Positions 1 through 11,500 of a stretch of DNA of 64,000 bases are shown here, in pieces. The translations under genes and the position numbers were made by a program. Numbering within the stretch: position 1 is the stretch's first letter; each line of letters starts with the position of its first letter. A model generated the notes under the pieces. The model saw only the letters and a list, made by a program, of their open reading frames with translations, was not told where the DNA came from and made no database searches. This DNA is from Bilabrum cf. latius (taxonomy: Eukaryota), in assembly GCA_965178125.1 (NCBI GenBank), contig OZ237750.1, positions 1-64,000 of the forward strand, written 5' to 3'.

Positions 1-369
1 TGTGAAATTCTTCATACACCCATATCGGCGCCGCGCGGCCAGAACGGAACCTGGGGAACATTTGGCCCATGTTGTGCCCCCAGGCCGTCCCGATGCAGTT
101 TGAACGGTCTTCATATCACCTGTAGTTGCCGAGATCGTAGCACGTCGTTTTTCGGTGTGAAATTCTTCATACACCCATATCGGCGCCGCGCGGCCAGAAC
201 GGAACCTGGGGAACATTTGGCCCATGTTGTGCCCCCAGGCCGTCCCGATGCAGTTTGAACGGTCTTCATATCACCTGTAGTTGCCGAGATCGTAGCACGT
301 CGTTTTTCGACAAATATTGAAGATGAAAATATTTTTTCCCCGACCCTGTCCCTGACTTTATATTAGATA
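1..369. repeat. Partial satellite cassette (last two 155-bp monomers + 60-bp spacer)
   Basis: Monomers start at 1 and 156; spacer ACAAATATTG...ATTAGATA at 310-369. Confidence 0.95.
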
Positions 370-1083
370 CCCTAACCCTAACCCTAACCCTAACCCTAAC
401 CCTAACCCTAACCCTAACCCTAACCCTAACCCTAACCCTAACCCTAACCCTAACCCTAACCCTAACCCTAACCCTAACCCTAACCCTAACCCTAACCCTA
501 ACCCTAACCCTAACCCTAACCCTAACCCTAACCCTAACCCTAACCCTAACCCTAACCCTAACCCTAACCCTAACCCTAACCCTAACCCTAACCCTAACCC
601 TAACCCTAACCCTAACCCTAACCCTAACCCTAACCCTAACCCTAACCCTAACCCTAACCCTAACCCTAACCCTAACCCTAACCCTAACCCTAACCCTAAC
701 CCTAACCCTAACCCTAACCCTAACCCTAACCCTAACCCTAACCCTAACCCTAACCCTAACCCTAACCCTAACCCTAACCCTAACCCTAACCCTAACCCTA
801 ACCCTAACCCTAACCCTAACCCTAACCCTAACCCTAACCCTAACCCTAACCCTAACCCTAACCCTAACCCTAACCCTAACCCTAACCCTAACCCTAACCC
901 TAACCCTAACCCTAACCCTAACCCTAACCCTAACCCTAACCCTAACCCTAACCCTAACCCTAACCCTAACCCTAACCCTAACCCTAACCCTAACCCTAAC
1001 CCTAACCCTAACCCTAACCCTAACCCTAACCCTAACCCTAACCCTAACCCTAACCCTAACCCTAACCCTAACCCTAACCCTAA
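370..1083 (+). repeat. (CCCTAA)119 telomeric tract
   Basis: Hexamer tract of 714 bp, ending in the variant junction CCCTAAACCC. Confidence 0.97.
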
Positions 1084-1087
1084 ACCC

Positions 1088-1766
1088 TGTGAAATTCTTC
1101 ATACACCCATATCGGCGCCGCGCGGCCAGAACGGAACCTGGGGAATATTTGGCCCATGTTTTGCCCCCAGGCCGTCCCGATGCAGTTTGAACGGTCTTCA
1201 TATCACCTGTAGTTGCCGAGATCGTAGCACGTCGTTTTTCGGTGTGAAATTCTTCATACACCCATATCGGCGCCGCGCGGCCAGAACGGAACCTGGGGAA
1301 CATTTGGCCCATGTTGTGCCCCCAGGCCGTCCCGATGCAGTTTGAACGGTCTTCATATCACCTGTAGTTGCCGAGATCGTAGCACGTCGTTTTTCGGTGT
1401 GAAATTCTTCATACACCCATATCGGCGCCGCGCGGCCAGAACGGAACCTGGGGAACATTTGGCCCATGTTGTGCCCCCAGGCCGTCCCGATGCAGTTTGA
1501 ACGGTCTTCATATCACCTGTAGTTGCCGAGATCGTAGCACGTCGTTTTTCGGTGTGAAATTCTTCATACACCCATATCGGCGCCGCGCGGCCAGAACGGA
1601 ACCTGGGGAACATTTGGCCCATGTTGTGCCCCCAGGCCGTCCCGATGCAGTTTGAACGGTCTTCATATCACCTGTAGTTGCCGAGATCGTAGCACGTCGT
1701 TTTTCGACAAATATTGAAGATGAAAATATTTTTTCCCCGACCCTGTCCCTGACTTTATATTAGATA
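1088..1766. repeat. Satellite cassette: 4x155 bp + 60-bp spacer
   Basis: Monomers at 1088, 1243, 1398 and 1553; spacer 1707-1766. The first monomer carries two diagnostic substitutions. Confidence 0.95.
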
Positions 1767-2504
1767 CCCTAACCCTAACCCTAACCCTAACCCTAACCCT
1801 AACCCTAACCCTAACCCTAACCCTAACCCTAACCCTAACCCTAACCCTAACCCTAACCCTAACCCTAACCCTAACCCTAACCCTAACCCTAACCCTAACC
1901 CTAACCCTAACCCTAACCCTAACCCTAACCCTAACCCTAACCCTAACCCTAACCCTAACCCTAACCCTAACCCTAACCCTAACCCTAACCCTAACCCTAA
2001 CCCTAACCCTAACCCTAACCCTAACCCTAACCCTAACCCTAACCCTAACCCTAACCCTAACCCTAACCCTAACCCTAACCCTAACCCTAACCCTAACCCT
2101 AACCCTAACCCTAACCCTAACCCTAACCCTAACCCTAACCCTAACCCTAACCCTAACCCTAACCCTAACCCTAACCCTAACCCTAACCCTAACCCTAACC
2201 CTAACCCTAACCCTAACCCTAACCCTAACCCTAACCCTAACCCTAACCCTAACCCTAACCCTAACCCTAACCCTAACCCTAACCCTAACCCTAACCCTAA
2301 CCCTAACCCTAACCCTAACCCTAACCCTAACCCTAACCCTAACCCTAACCCTAACCCTAACCCTAACCCTAACCCTAACCCTAACCCTAACCCTAACCCT
2401 AACCCTAACCCTAACCCTAACCCTAACCCTAACCCTAACCCTAACCCTAACCCTAACCCTAACCCTAACCCTAACCCTAACCCTAACCCTAACCCTAACC
2501 CTAA
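1767..2504 (+). repeat. (CCCTAA)123 telomeric tract
   Basis: 738-bp hexamer tract. Confidence 0.97.
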
Positions 2505-2508
2505 ACCC

Positions 2509-3187
2509 TGTGAAATTCTTCATACACCCATATCGGCGCCGCGCGGCCAGAACGGAACCTGGGGAATATTTGGCCCATGTTTTGCCCCCAGGCCGTCCCG
2601 ATGCAGTTTGAACGGTCTTCATATCACCTGTAGTTGCCGAGATCGTAGCACGTCGTTTTTCGGTGTGAAATTCTTCATACACCCATATCGGCGCCGCGCG
2701 GCCAGAACGGAACCTGGGGAACATTTGGCCCATGTTGTGCCCCCAGGCCGTCCCGATGCAGTTTGAACGGTCTTCATATCACCTGTAGTTGCCGAGATCG
2801 TAGCACGTCGTTTTTCGGTGTGAAATTCTTCATACACCCATATCGGCGCCGCGCGGCCAGAACGGAACCTGGGGAACATTTGGCCCATGTTGTGCCCCCA
2901 GGCCGTCCCGATGCAGTTTGAACGGTCTTCATATCACCTGTAGTTGCCGAGATCGTAGCACGTCGTTTTTCGGTGTGAAATTCTTCATACACCCATATCG
3001 GCGCCGCGCGGCCAGAACGGAACCTGGGGAACATTTGGCCCATGTTGTGCCCCCAGGCCGTCCCGATGCAGTTTGAACGGTCTTCATATCACCTGTAGTT
3101 GCCGAGATCGTAGCACGTCGTTTTTCGACAAATATTGAAGATGAAAATATTTTTTCCCCGACCCTGTCCCTGACTTTATATTAGATA
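2509..3187. repeat. Satellite cassette: 4x155 bp + 60-bp spacer
   Basis: Matches the cassette at 1088-1766 by eye. Confidence 0.95.
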
Positions 3188-3877
3188 CCCTAACCCTAAC
3201 CCTAACCCTAACCCTAACCCTAACCCTAACCCTAACCCTAACCCTAACCCTAACCCTAACCCTAACCCTAACCCTAACCCTAACCCTAACCCTAACCCTA
3301 ACCCTAACCCTAACCCTAACCCTAACCCTAACCCTAACCCTAACCCTAACCCTAACCCTAACCCTAACCCTAACCCTAACCCTAACCCTAACCCTAACCC
3401 TAACCCTAACCCTAACCCTAACCCTAACCCTAACCCTAACCCTAACCCTAACCCTAACCCTAACCCTAACCCTAACCCTAACCCTAACCCTAACCCTAAC
3501 CCTAACCCTAACCCTAACCCTAACCCTAACCCTAACCCTAACCCTAACCCTAACCCTAACCCTAACCCTAACCCTAACCCTAACCCTAACCCTAACCCTA
3601 ACCCTAACCCTAACCCTAACCCTAACCCTAACCCTAACCCTAACCCTAACCCTAACCCTAACCCTAACCCTAACCCTAACCCTAACCCTAACCCTAACCC
3701 TAACCCTAACCCTAACCCTAACCCTAACCCTAACCCTAACCCTAACCCTAACCCTAACCCTAACCCTAACCCTAACCCTAACCCTAACCCTAACCCTAAC
3801 CCTAACCCTAACCCTAACCCTAACCCTAACCCTAACCCTAACCCTAACCCTAACCCTAACCCTAACCCTAACCCTAA
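3188..3877 (+). repeat. (CCCTAA)115 telomeric tract
   Basis: 690-bp hexamer tract. Confidence 0.97.
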
Positions 3878-3881
3878 ACCC

Positions 3882-4560
3882 TGTGAAATTCTTCATACAC
3901 CCATATCGGCGCCGCGCGGCCAGAACGGAACCTGGGGAATATTTGGCCCATGTTTTGCCCCCAGGCCGTCCCGATGCAGTTTGAACGGTCTTCATATCAC
4001 CTGTAGTTGCCGAGATCGTAGCACGTCGTTTTTCGGTGTGAAATTCTTCATACACCCATATCGGCGCCGCGCGGCCAGAACGGAACCTGGGGAACATTTG
4101 GCCCATGTTGTGCCCCCAGGCCGTCCCGATGCAGTTTGAACGGTCTTCATATCACCTGTAGTTGCCGAGATCGTAGCACGTCGTTTTTCGGTGTGAAATT
4201 CTTCATACACCCATATCGGCGCCGCGCGGCCAGAACGGAACCTGGGGAACATTTGGCCCATGTTGTGCCCCCAGGCCGTCCCGATGCAGTTTGAACGGTC
4301 TTCATATCACCTGTAGTTGCCGAGATCGTAGCACGTCGTTTTTCGGTGTGAAATTCTTCATACACCCATATCGGCGCCGCGCGGCCAGAACGGAACCTGG
4401 GGAACATTTGGCCCATGTTGTGCCCCCAGGCCGTCCCGATGCAGTTTGAACGGTCTTCATATCACCTGTAGTTGCCGAGATCGTAGCACGTCGTTTTTCG
4501 ACAAATATTGAAGATGAAAATATTTTTTCCCCGACCCTGTCCCTGACTTTATATTAGATA
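3882..4560. repeat. Satellite cassette: 4x155 bp + 60-bp spacer
   Basis: Matches the other cassettes by eye. Confidence 0.95.
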
Positions 4561-5268
4561 CCCTAACCCTAACCCTAACCCTAACCCTAACCCTAACCCT
4601 AACCCTAACCCTAACCCTAACCCTAACCCTAACCCTAACCCTAACCCTAACCCTAACCCTAACCCTAACCCTAACCCTAACCCTAACCCTAACCCTAACC
4701 CTAACCCTAACCCTAACCCTAACCCTAACCCTAACCCTAACCCTAACCCTAACCCTAACCCTAACCCTAACCCTAACCCTAACCCTAACCCTAACCCTAA
4801 CCCTAACCCTAACCCTAACCCTAACCCTAACCCTAACCCTAACCCTAACCCTAACCCTAACCCTAACCCTAACCCTAACCCTAACCCTAACCCTAACCCT
4901 AACCCTAACCCTAACCCTAACCCTAACCCTAACCCTAACCCTAACCCTAACCCTAACCCTAACCCTAACCCTAACCCTAACCCTAACCCTAACCCTAACC
5001 CTAACCCTAACCCTAACCCTAACCCTAACCCTAACCCTAACCCTAACCCTAACCCTAACCCTAACCCTAACCCTAACCCTAACCCTAACCCTAACCCTAA
5101 CCCTAACCCTAACCCTAACCCTAACCCTAACCCTAACCCTAACCCTAACCCTAACCCTAACCCTAACCCTAACCCTAACCCTAACCCTAACCCTAACCCT
5201 AACCCTAACCCTAACCCTAACCCTAACCCTAACCCTAACCCTAACCCTAACCCTAACCCTAACCCTAA
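4561..5268 (+). repeat. (CCCTAA)118 telomeric tract
   Basis: 708-bp hexamer tract. Confidence 0.97.
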
Positions 5269-5272
5269 ACCC

Positions 5273-5951
5273 TGTGAAATTCTTCATACACCCATATCGG
5301 CGCCGCGCGGCCAGAACGGAACCTGGGGAATATTTGGCCCATGTTTTGCCCCCAGGCCGTCCCGATGCAGTTTGAACGGTCTTCATATCACCTGTAGTTG
5401 CCGAGATCGTAGCACGTCGTTTTTCGGTGTGAAATTCTTCATACACCCATATCGGCGCCGCGCGGCCAGAACGGAACCTGGGGAACATTTGGCCCATGTT
5501 GTGCCCCCAGGCCGTCCCGATGCAGTTTGAACGGTCTTCATATCACCTGTAGTTGCCGAGATCGTAGCACGTCGTTTTTCGGTGTGAAATTCTTCATACA
5601 CCCATATCGGCGCCGCGCGGCCAGAACGGAACCTGGGGAACATTTGGCCCATGTTGTGCCCCCAGGCCGTCCCGATGCAGTTTGAACGGTCTTCATATCA
5701 CCTGTAGTTGCCGAGATCGTAGCACGTCGTTTTTCGGTGTGAAATTCTTCATACACCCATATCGGCGCCGCGCGGCCAGAACGGAACCTGGGGAACATTT
5801 GGCCCATGTTGTGCCCCCAGGCCGTCCCGATGCAGTTTGAACGGTCTTCATATCACCTGTAGTTGCCGAGATCGTAGCACGTCGTTTTTCGACAAATATT
5901 GAAGATGAAAATATTTTTTCCCCGACCCTGTCCCTGACTTTATATTAGATA
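5273..5951. repeat. Satellite cassette: 4x155 bp + 60-bp spacer
   Basis: Matches the other cassettes by eye. Confidence 0.95.
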
Positions 5952-6647
5952 CCCTAACCCTAACCCTAACCCTAACCCTAACCCTAACCCTAACCCTAAC
6001 CCTAACCCTAACCCTAACCCTAACCCTAACCCTAACCCTAACCCTAACCCTAACCCTAACCCTAACCCTAACCCTAACCCTAACCCTAACCCTAACCCTA
6101 ACCCTAACCCTAACCCTAACCCTAACCCTAACCCTAACCCTAACCCTAACCCTAACCCTAACCCTAACCCTAACCCTAACCCTAACCCTAACCCTAACCC
6201 TAACCCTAACCCTAACCCTAACCCTAACCCTAACCCTAACCCTAACCCTAACCCTAACCCTAACCCTAACCCTAACCCTAACCCTAACCCTAACCCTAAC
6301 CCTAACCCTAACCCTAACCCTAACCCTAACCCTAACCCTAACCCTAACCCTAACCCTAACCCTAACCCTAACCCTAACCCTAACCCTAACCCTAACCCTA
6401 ACCCTAACCCTAACCCTAACCCTAACCCTAACCCTAACCCTAACCCTAACCCTAACCCTAACCCTAACCCTAACCCTAACCCTAACCCTAACCCTAACCC
6501 TAACCCTAACCCTAACCCTAACCCTAACCCTAACCCTAACCCTAACCCTAACCCTAACCCTAACCCTAACCCTAACCCTAACCCTAACCCTAACCCTAAC
6601 CCTAACCCTAACCCTAACCCTAACCCTAACCCTAACCCTAACCCTAA
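5952..6647 (+). repeat. (CCCTAA)116 telomeric tract
   Basis: 696-bp hexamer tract. Confidence 0.97.
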
Positions 6648-6651
6648 ACCC

Positions 6652-7250
6652 TGTGAAATTCTTCATACACCCATATCGGCGCCGCGCGGCCAGAACGGAA
6701 CCTGGGGAATATTTGGCCCATGTTTTGCCCCCAGGCCGTCCCGATGCAGTTTGAACGGTCTTCATATCACCTGTAGTTGCCGAGATCGTAGCACGTCGTT
6801 TTTCGGTGTGAAATTCTTCATACACCCATATCGGCGCCGCGCGGCCAGAACGGAACCTGGGGAACATTTGGCCCATGTTGTGCCCCCAGGCCGTCCCGAT
6901 GCAGTTTGAACGGTCTTCATATCACCTGTAGTTGCCGAGATCGTAGCACGTCGTTTTTCGGTGTGAAATTCTTCATACACCCATATCGGCGCCGCGCGGC
7001 CAGAACGGAACCTGGGGAACATTTGGCCCATGTTGTGCCCCCAGGCCGTCCCGATGCAGTTTGAACGGTCTTCATATCACCTGTAGTTGCCGAGATCGTA
7101 GCACGTCGTTTTTCGGTGTGAAATTCTTCATACACCCATATCGGCGCCGCGCGGCCAGAACGGAACCTGGGGAACATTTGGCCCATGTTGTGCCCCCAGG
7201 CCGTCCCGATGCAGTTTGAACGGTCTTCATATCACCTGTAGTTGCCGAGA
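6652..7250. repeat. Truncated innermost satellite cassette (3 monomers + 134 bp, no spacer)
   Basis: The fourth monomer (from 7117) breaks at ...GTTGCCGAGA and joins directly to AACCCTAA. Confidence 0.95.
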
Positions 7251-8125
7251 AACCCTAACCCTAACCCTAACCCTAACCCTAACCCTAACCCTAACCCTAA
7301 CCCTAACCCTAACCCTAACCCTAACCCTAACCCTAACCCTAACCCTAACCCTAACCCTAACCCTAACCCTAACCCTAACCCTAACCCTAACCCTAACCCT
7401 AACCCTAACCCTAACCCTAACCCTAACCCTAACCCTAACCCTAACCCTAACCCTAACCCTAACCCTAACCCTAACCCTAACCCTAACCCTAACCCTAACC
7501 CTAACCCTAACCCTAACCCTAACCCTAACCCTAACCCTAACCCTAACCCTAACCCTAACCCTAACCCTAACCCTAACCCTAACCCTAACCCTAACCCTAA
7601 CCCTAACCCTAACCCTAACCCTAACCCTAACCCTAACCCTAACCCTAACCCTAACCCTAACCCTAACCCTAACCCTAACCCTAACCCTAACCCTAACCCT
7701 AACCCTAACCCTAACCCTAACCCTAACCCTAACCCTAACCCTAACCCTAACCCTAACCCTAACCCTAACCCTAACCCTAACCCTAACCCTAACCCTAACC
7801 CTAACCCTAACCCTAACCCTAACCCTAACCCTAACCCTAACCCTAACCCTAACCCTAACCCTAACCCTAACCCTAACCCTAACCCTAACCCTAACCCTAA
7901 CCCTAACCCTAACCCTAACCCTAACCCTAACCCTAACCCTAACCCTAACCCTAACCCTAACCCTAACCCTAACCCTAACCCTAACCCTAACCCTAACCCT
8001 AACCCTAACCCTAACCCTAACCCTAACCCTAACCCTAACCCTAACCCTAACCCTAACCCTAACCCTAACCCTAACCCTAACCCTAACCCTAACCCTAACC
8101 CTAACCCTAACTCTAACCCTAACCC
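7251..8125 (+). repeat. Innermost telomeric tract, about 145 x CCCTAA
   Basis: Longest tract; a single CTCTAA variant lies at 8111-8116 near the proximal edge. Confidence 0.97.
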
Positions 8126-8280
8126 ATGAGCAGGTGGCTGGGCGGTGCCGCGGATGGATCGCAAAGCAGTGGGTGTGCTCATGAGCAGGTGGCTGGGCGG
8201 TGCCGCGGATGGATCGCAAAGCAGTGGGTGTGCTCATGAGCAGGTGGCTGGGCGGTGCCGCGGATGGATCGCAAAGCAGT
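8126..8280. repeat. 55-bp subtelomeric tandem repeat (2.8 copies)
   Basis: ATGAGCAGGTGGCTGGGCGG...GTGTGCTC starts at 8126, 8181 and 8236, directly abutting the telomeric tract. Confidence 0.93.
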
Positions 8281-8506
8281 CTGTTTGGCTAGGTAAAGCC
8301 TTAATTCGATCGGATGGATTTGATGGTAAATGCTACTCGTGGTACCACACGATAAGTGAGGGTGGGATCAGCTCCAGGATCTGTTCGGGATTGGGCAAGC
8401 AAATGCGCCAGATCTACATGGGAAGCAGTACCAAGGCGAGAAACCTCCTATGACAAGGGGGTGAAATTGTTTGAATCTCACGCACAAATTCGATTTGTCT
8501 ATAGAG

Positions 8507-11500
8507 TCAACTGGCTTGTTCTTCCGGGTGCCATTGTAGCAACTGCGAGCCGCCCACAATCTACTCCGTTCCACCCGTCGCGGAAGAAAGGCTAAGGTAC
8601 CCTTCGCTGACCGCAGTGTCTTTGCACCGTGCCTATCTCTCCGGTCCTGGAAGCACACCAAACCCCGACTAAAAAGCTGCCGAAATCTGCGAAGCAACTA
8701 CCAATTCTCTAGGTAGCTGATGTGTTGCATCTGCCGCGCTCCATGCGAAGCTTGGACTTGAGCCAAAGGGGTGTTCCCGCTGCGACACTTCAATTCTGCC
8801 TTGTGACGACACTACACTGCTCTTTCCAGTGCCACGCGAGGCAACACACACAGCGTGTCTTCCCACGACAGAACTGGCGTCGCCTGTACCACGTCTACCA
8901 TCCTACGTGTGCGTAACATTCCACTGCATTGCATAGCTGATGCCGCAGCTCTGCACCTGGCTTCCCTTCGAACGATCTCCACTAGTTTGTTTGCTAGTTG
9001 CAACAGTCTGCCATTGCACCAGTCGTAAGCCAGCCGCTGTGGCTCCGAACAGAGCAGACTACCACGGCTCGATGCGATTCTGTCGGGAAGGGTTCCCAGT
9101 CGATGACAGACTGGCAGCTGCAGCGCCCTCTTCAACCGCGCTGGCCTTCGCTCGCCGAATGGACTGCAAGCTTCTTGGGGCAACAGATGCATTCTGGTCC
9201 GCCTCAGACTCAGCCGCAAGCCTTTTGAACGATATCGCGGAAAACAAGGAAACAGCTGCAGCTCGCATGGCAGCATGGTGCCACGCAGCAGCATCGGCCA
9301 CCTCGCCAAGCGGTGACGGCGAAGATCGGTTCAGGAGCTCGATCCATTCAGCACCTGGTGGCACCAACACGCCACTGCTGGTAGAGGCTGTAGATTCATC
9401 CATGGGCCGCCAGCCGAGTTCCTCAAGAGACCTTGAGTCCGTGGACACGTAGGCAGACTGCGATACCAAGACGGGTGCGTCTGCATCGTCGCACCCATTG
9501 GCAATAGTCACAGCTGCCCCGGCTCCCAATCCTGACTGATGCCAGCACGTTTGCACAGATGGTTTACAAGTAAGGGGCAAGCATGCGCGCCCGAGTGATC
9601 GTTTTGTTGTGTCACCCTCGGCGCTTGTAGCACCAACACTTAGGATGATAGACACCAGGTGCTGGTCAGGTCGCTGTGGTGTGCCACCCCTCTCCACCAT
9701 TGGATCTGGCAGTAGGCATGCTATCAAGGTGCACTCGTATCCTGCACCAACTTCCAAGGAATCGCAATCTAGCGCGAACGATGTAAGGCTCGGACCCACC
9801 TACCTGGCTTTAGAGCCCTATGCTGCAGCCGGGCATAGGGACAGAATCCATCCGGGCGTTGCAGCAGCTGCCGACACCAACAATTGACTGGCGCTGACTA
9901 AACCTACATTACGCACTACAACACGCAACCCAAAGAATTGACCAGACAAAACCTCGGTCAACCGCGCTGTTCCAGCTCCACCGCTTGCAGCACATAGCTC
10001 CAAGTCCGGCATGGCGTGGCCCGTGGCCTCAACTGACAACTGCGGCCTTGGTGCCTGGACTGCAAAGGCTGCGAGTCGTTCTAATTGCGCTTTGGCGTGA
10101 AGCGCCACGCCAGAAGCTGACGAAATCTGGGCAGATATGCCGGCTATATCAAGGCGCGTGCACTACTGAAGTGGAATGAACGGGACTCGTACAAGCTATT
10201 GGGCTAAGGGAGGTAGCTGCAAGGAGACCGGAGGACACATGACCCCGTTTTGAACCCACTCAAGCGCTGATGCACGATCGATTCCGCTCGATCCGTCCAA
10301 GGGAGCCCTGAGTATGTCCAGAGTTGCATCTGACAGGTCGAAGCCATCGCTGTCAGAGCTATGCAGAACTTGAACATCAGATAATACAATCGGGAAAACG
10401 TATGGGTTCTACACTGTGAGCTCCAGAACAAGCCGGTCACCAGCTGATACACTCTATGTTACGACAGGGAAGCTTAAAAGCAGCGACTGCATCAGGTCCG
10501 AGCTGAACGCATCACAACACATTCCTGGCTGCTACAGCTGGGCTGCCCAATCCTTGAGCTTTCCAACTTGCTTGTCAAAGTCCAGCTTCATGAAACGGGC
10601 ATCCAAAGCTGCAGTCTATTCCAAACGCACGAAGTCTTCCATCCGTAACCGGGCAGTTCTCAGTGAGCCGCTAGAACTGAGCTGACCCATATCGGACATC
10701 TTGGCACCAGTCAAACTCACAGCGGTGTCTCCAAGTTGTGACCGCAGCACGACCATATGGTCCGTGGGCCTGTCTGGACTTGGTGAGCCCTCACCAATGA
10801 TAACTGCCATATTGACTAACGCTTCGCGAATCCTATCGCTTGCCAACTACTAAGGCCCAGAGTGGAGGACATCCAAGTCCTTTGCGAGGATTCCATGGCC
10901 AACTACTGCGACCCTTTCACCAGCAGGAAAAAGCTGATCAATGTCAATTGGAGCTGAGCCACTCGCGGCGCGACCATCAGGCTTGTTCAGGAGGTGTTGG
11001 CAAATTGTGCCATACCACGCCAAAGGCACAGCGCTGCAGCTCGATACCCGCGCCTAGGCATTGGCAACGAGGGGGAAAACTTGCCTCGTGAGATCGACAC
11101 GCACGGCATGATCCACACCAGGCTCTACTGACCCCAGCAGATCTTCGCATGTCAAGCCATTCGGCATCATACATGATCTTGCAAGCTCCCACAATTGATG
11201 CCACAGTTGCTCGCCAACTGGGCCAGGATCTCGGCCGGAGCCCGCGACAACACGCAGAACGGCTGCTGCAAGAATCAGCTGGAAGTCTCGAGACTCACAT
11301 CTTCCGTGCAGCAACTACAAATGCGTGGCAGGGCAGGGGTGAAGAACAGTACATATATCAGCACCAGCTCCATAGCGAGGCAGTATAGACTGGCAGCACC
11401 ATAGAGCTGCGTCTCGCATGCCTACTGCTACAAACAACTTGACAGCGAGTTGCAGGTGGTGTCCACTGCGCGACAGGATTGATGTTGTTGCTGCCTTATT

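Larger units (their letters stand above)
1..8125. repeat. Composite telomere: higher-order array of (CCCTAA)n tracts alternating with satellite cassettes
   Basis: Unit = telomeric tract + ACCC + 4x155-bp monomer + 60-bp spacer. Periods are 1397, 1421, 1373, 1391 and 1379 bp; the non-telomeric part is a constant 683 bp. The C-rich strand on + indicates a left chromosome end. Confidence 0.97.

Noticed and set aside
1-155. Monomer as hammerhead ribozyme, tRNA or 5S rRNA
   Set aside because: No CUGANGA core on either strand, and no cloverleaf or 5S motifs recognised.
1-7250. CRISPR-like array
   Set aside because: The locus is eukaryotic, the intervening segments are identical or telomeric rather than unique spacers, and there are no cas genes.
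1198-8237. 89-aa satellite ORFs and poly-LT/PN/GL/RV ORFs as real genes
   Set aside because: They are by-products of tandem repeats with no domain signal.
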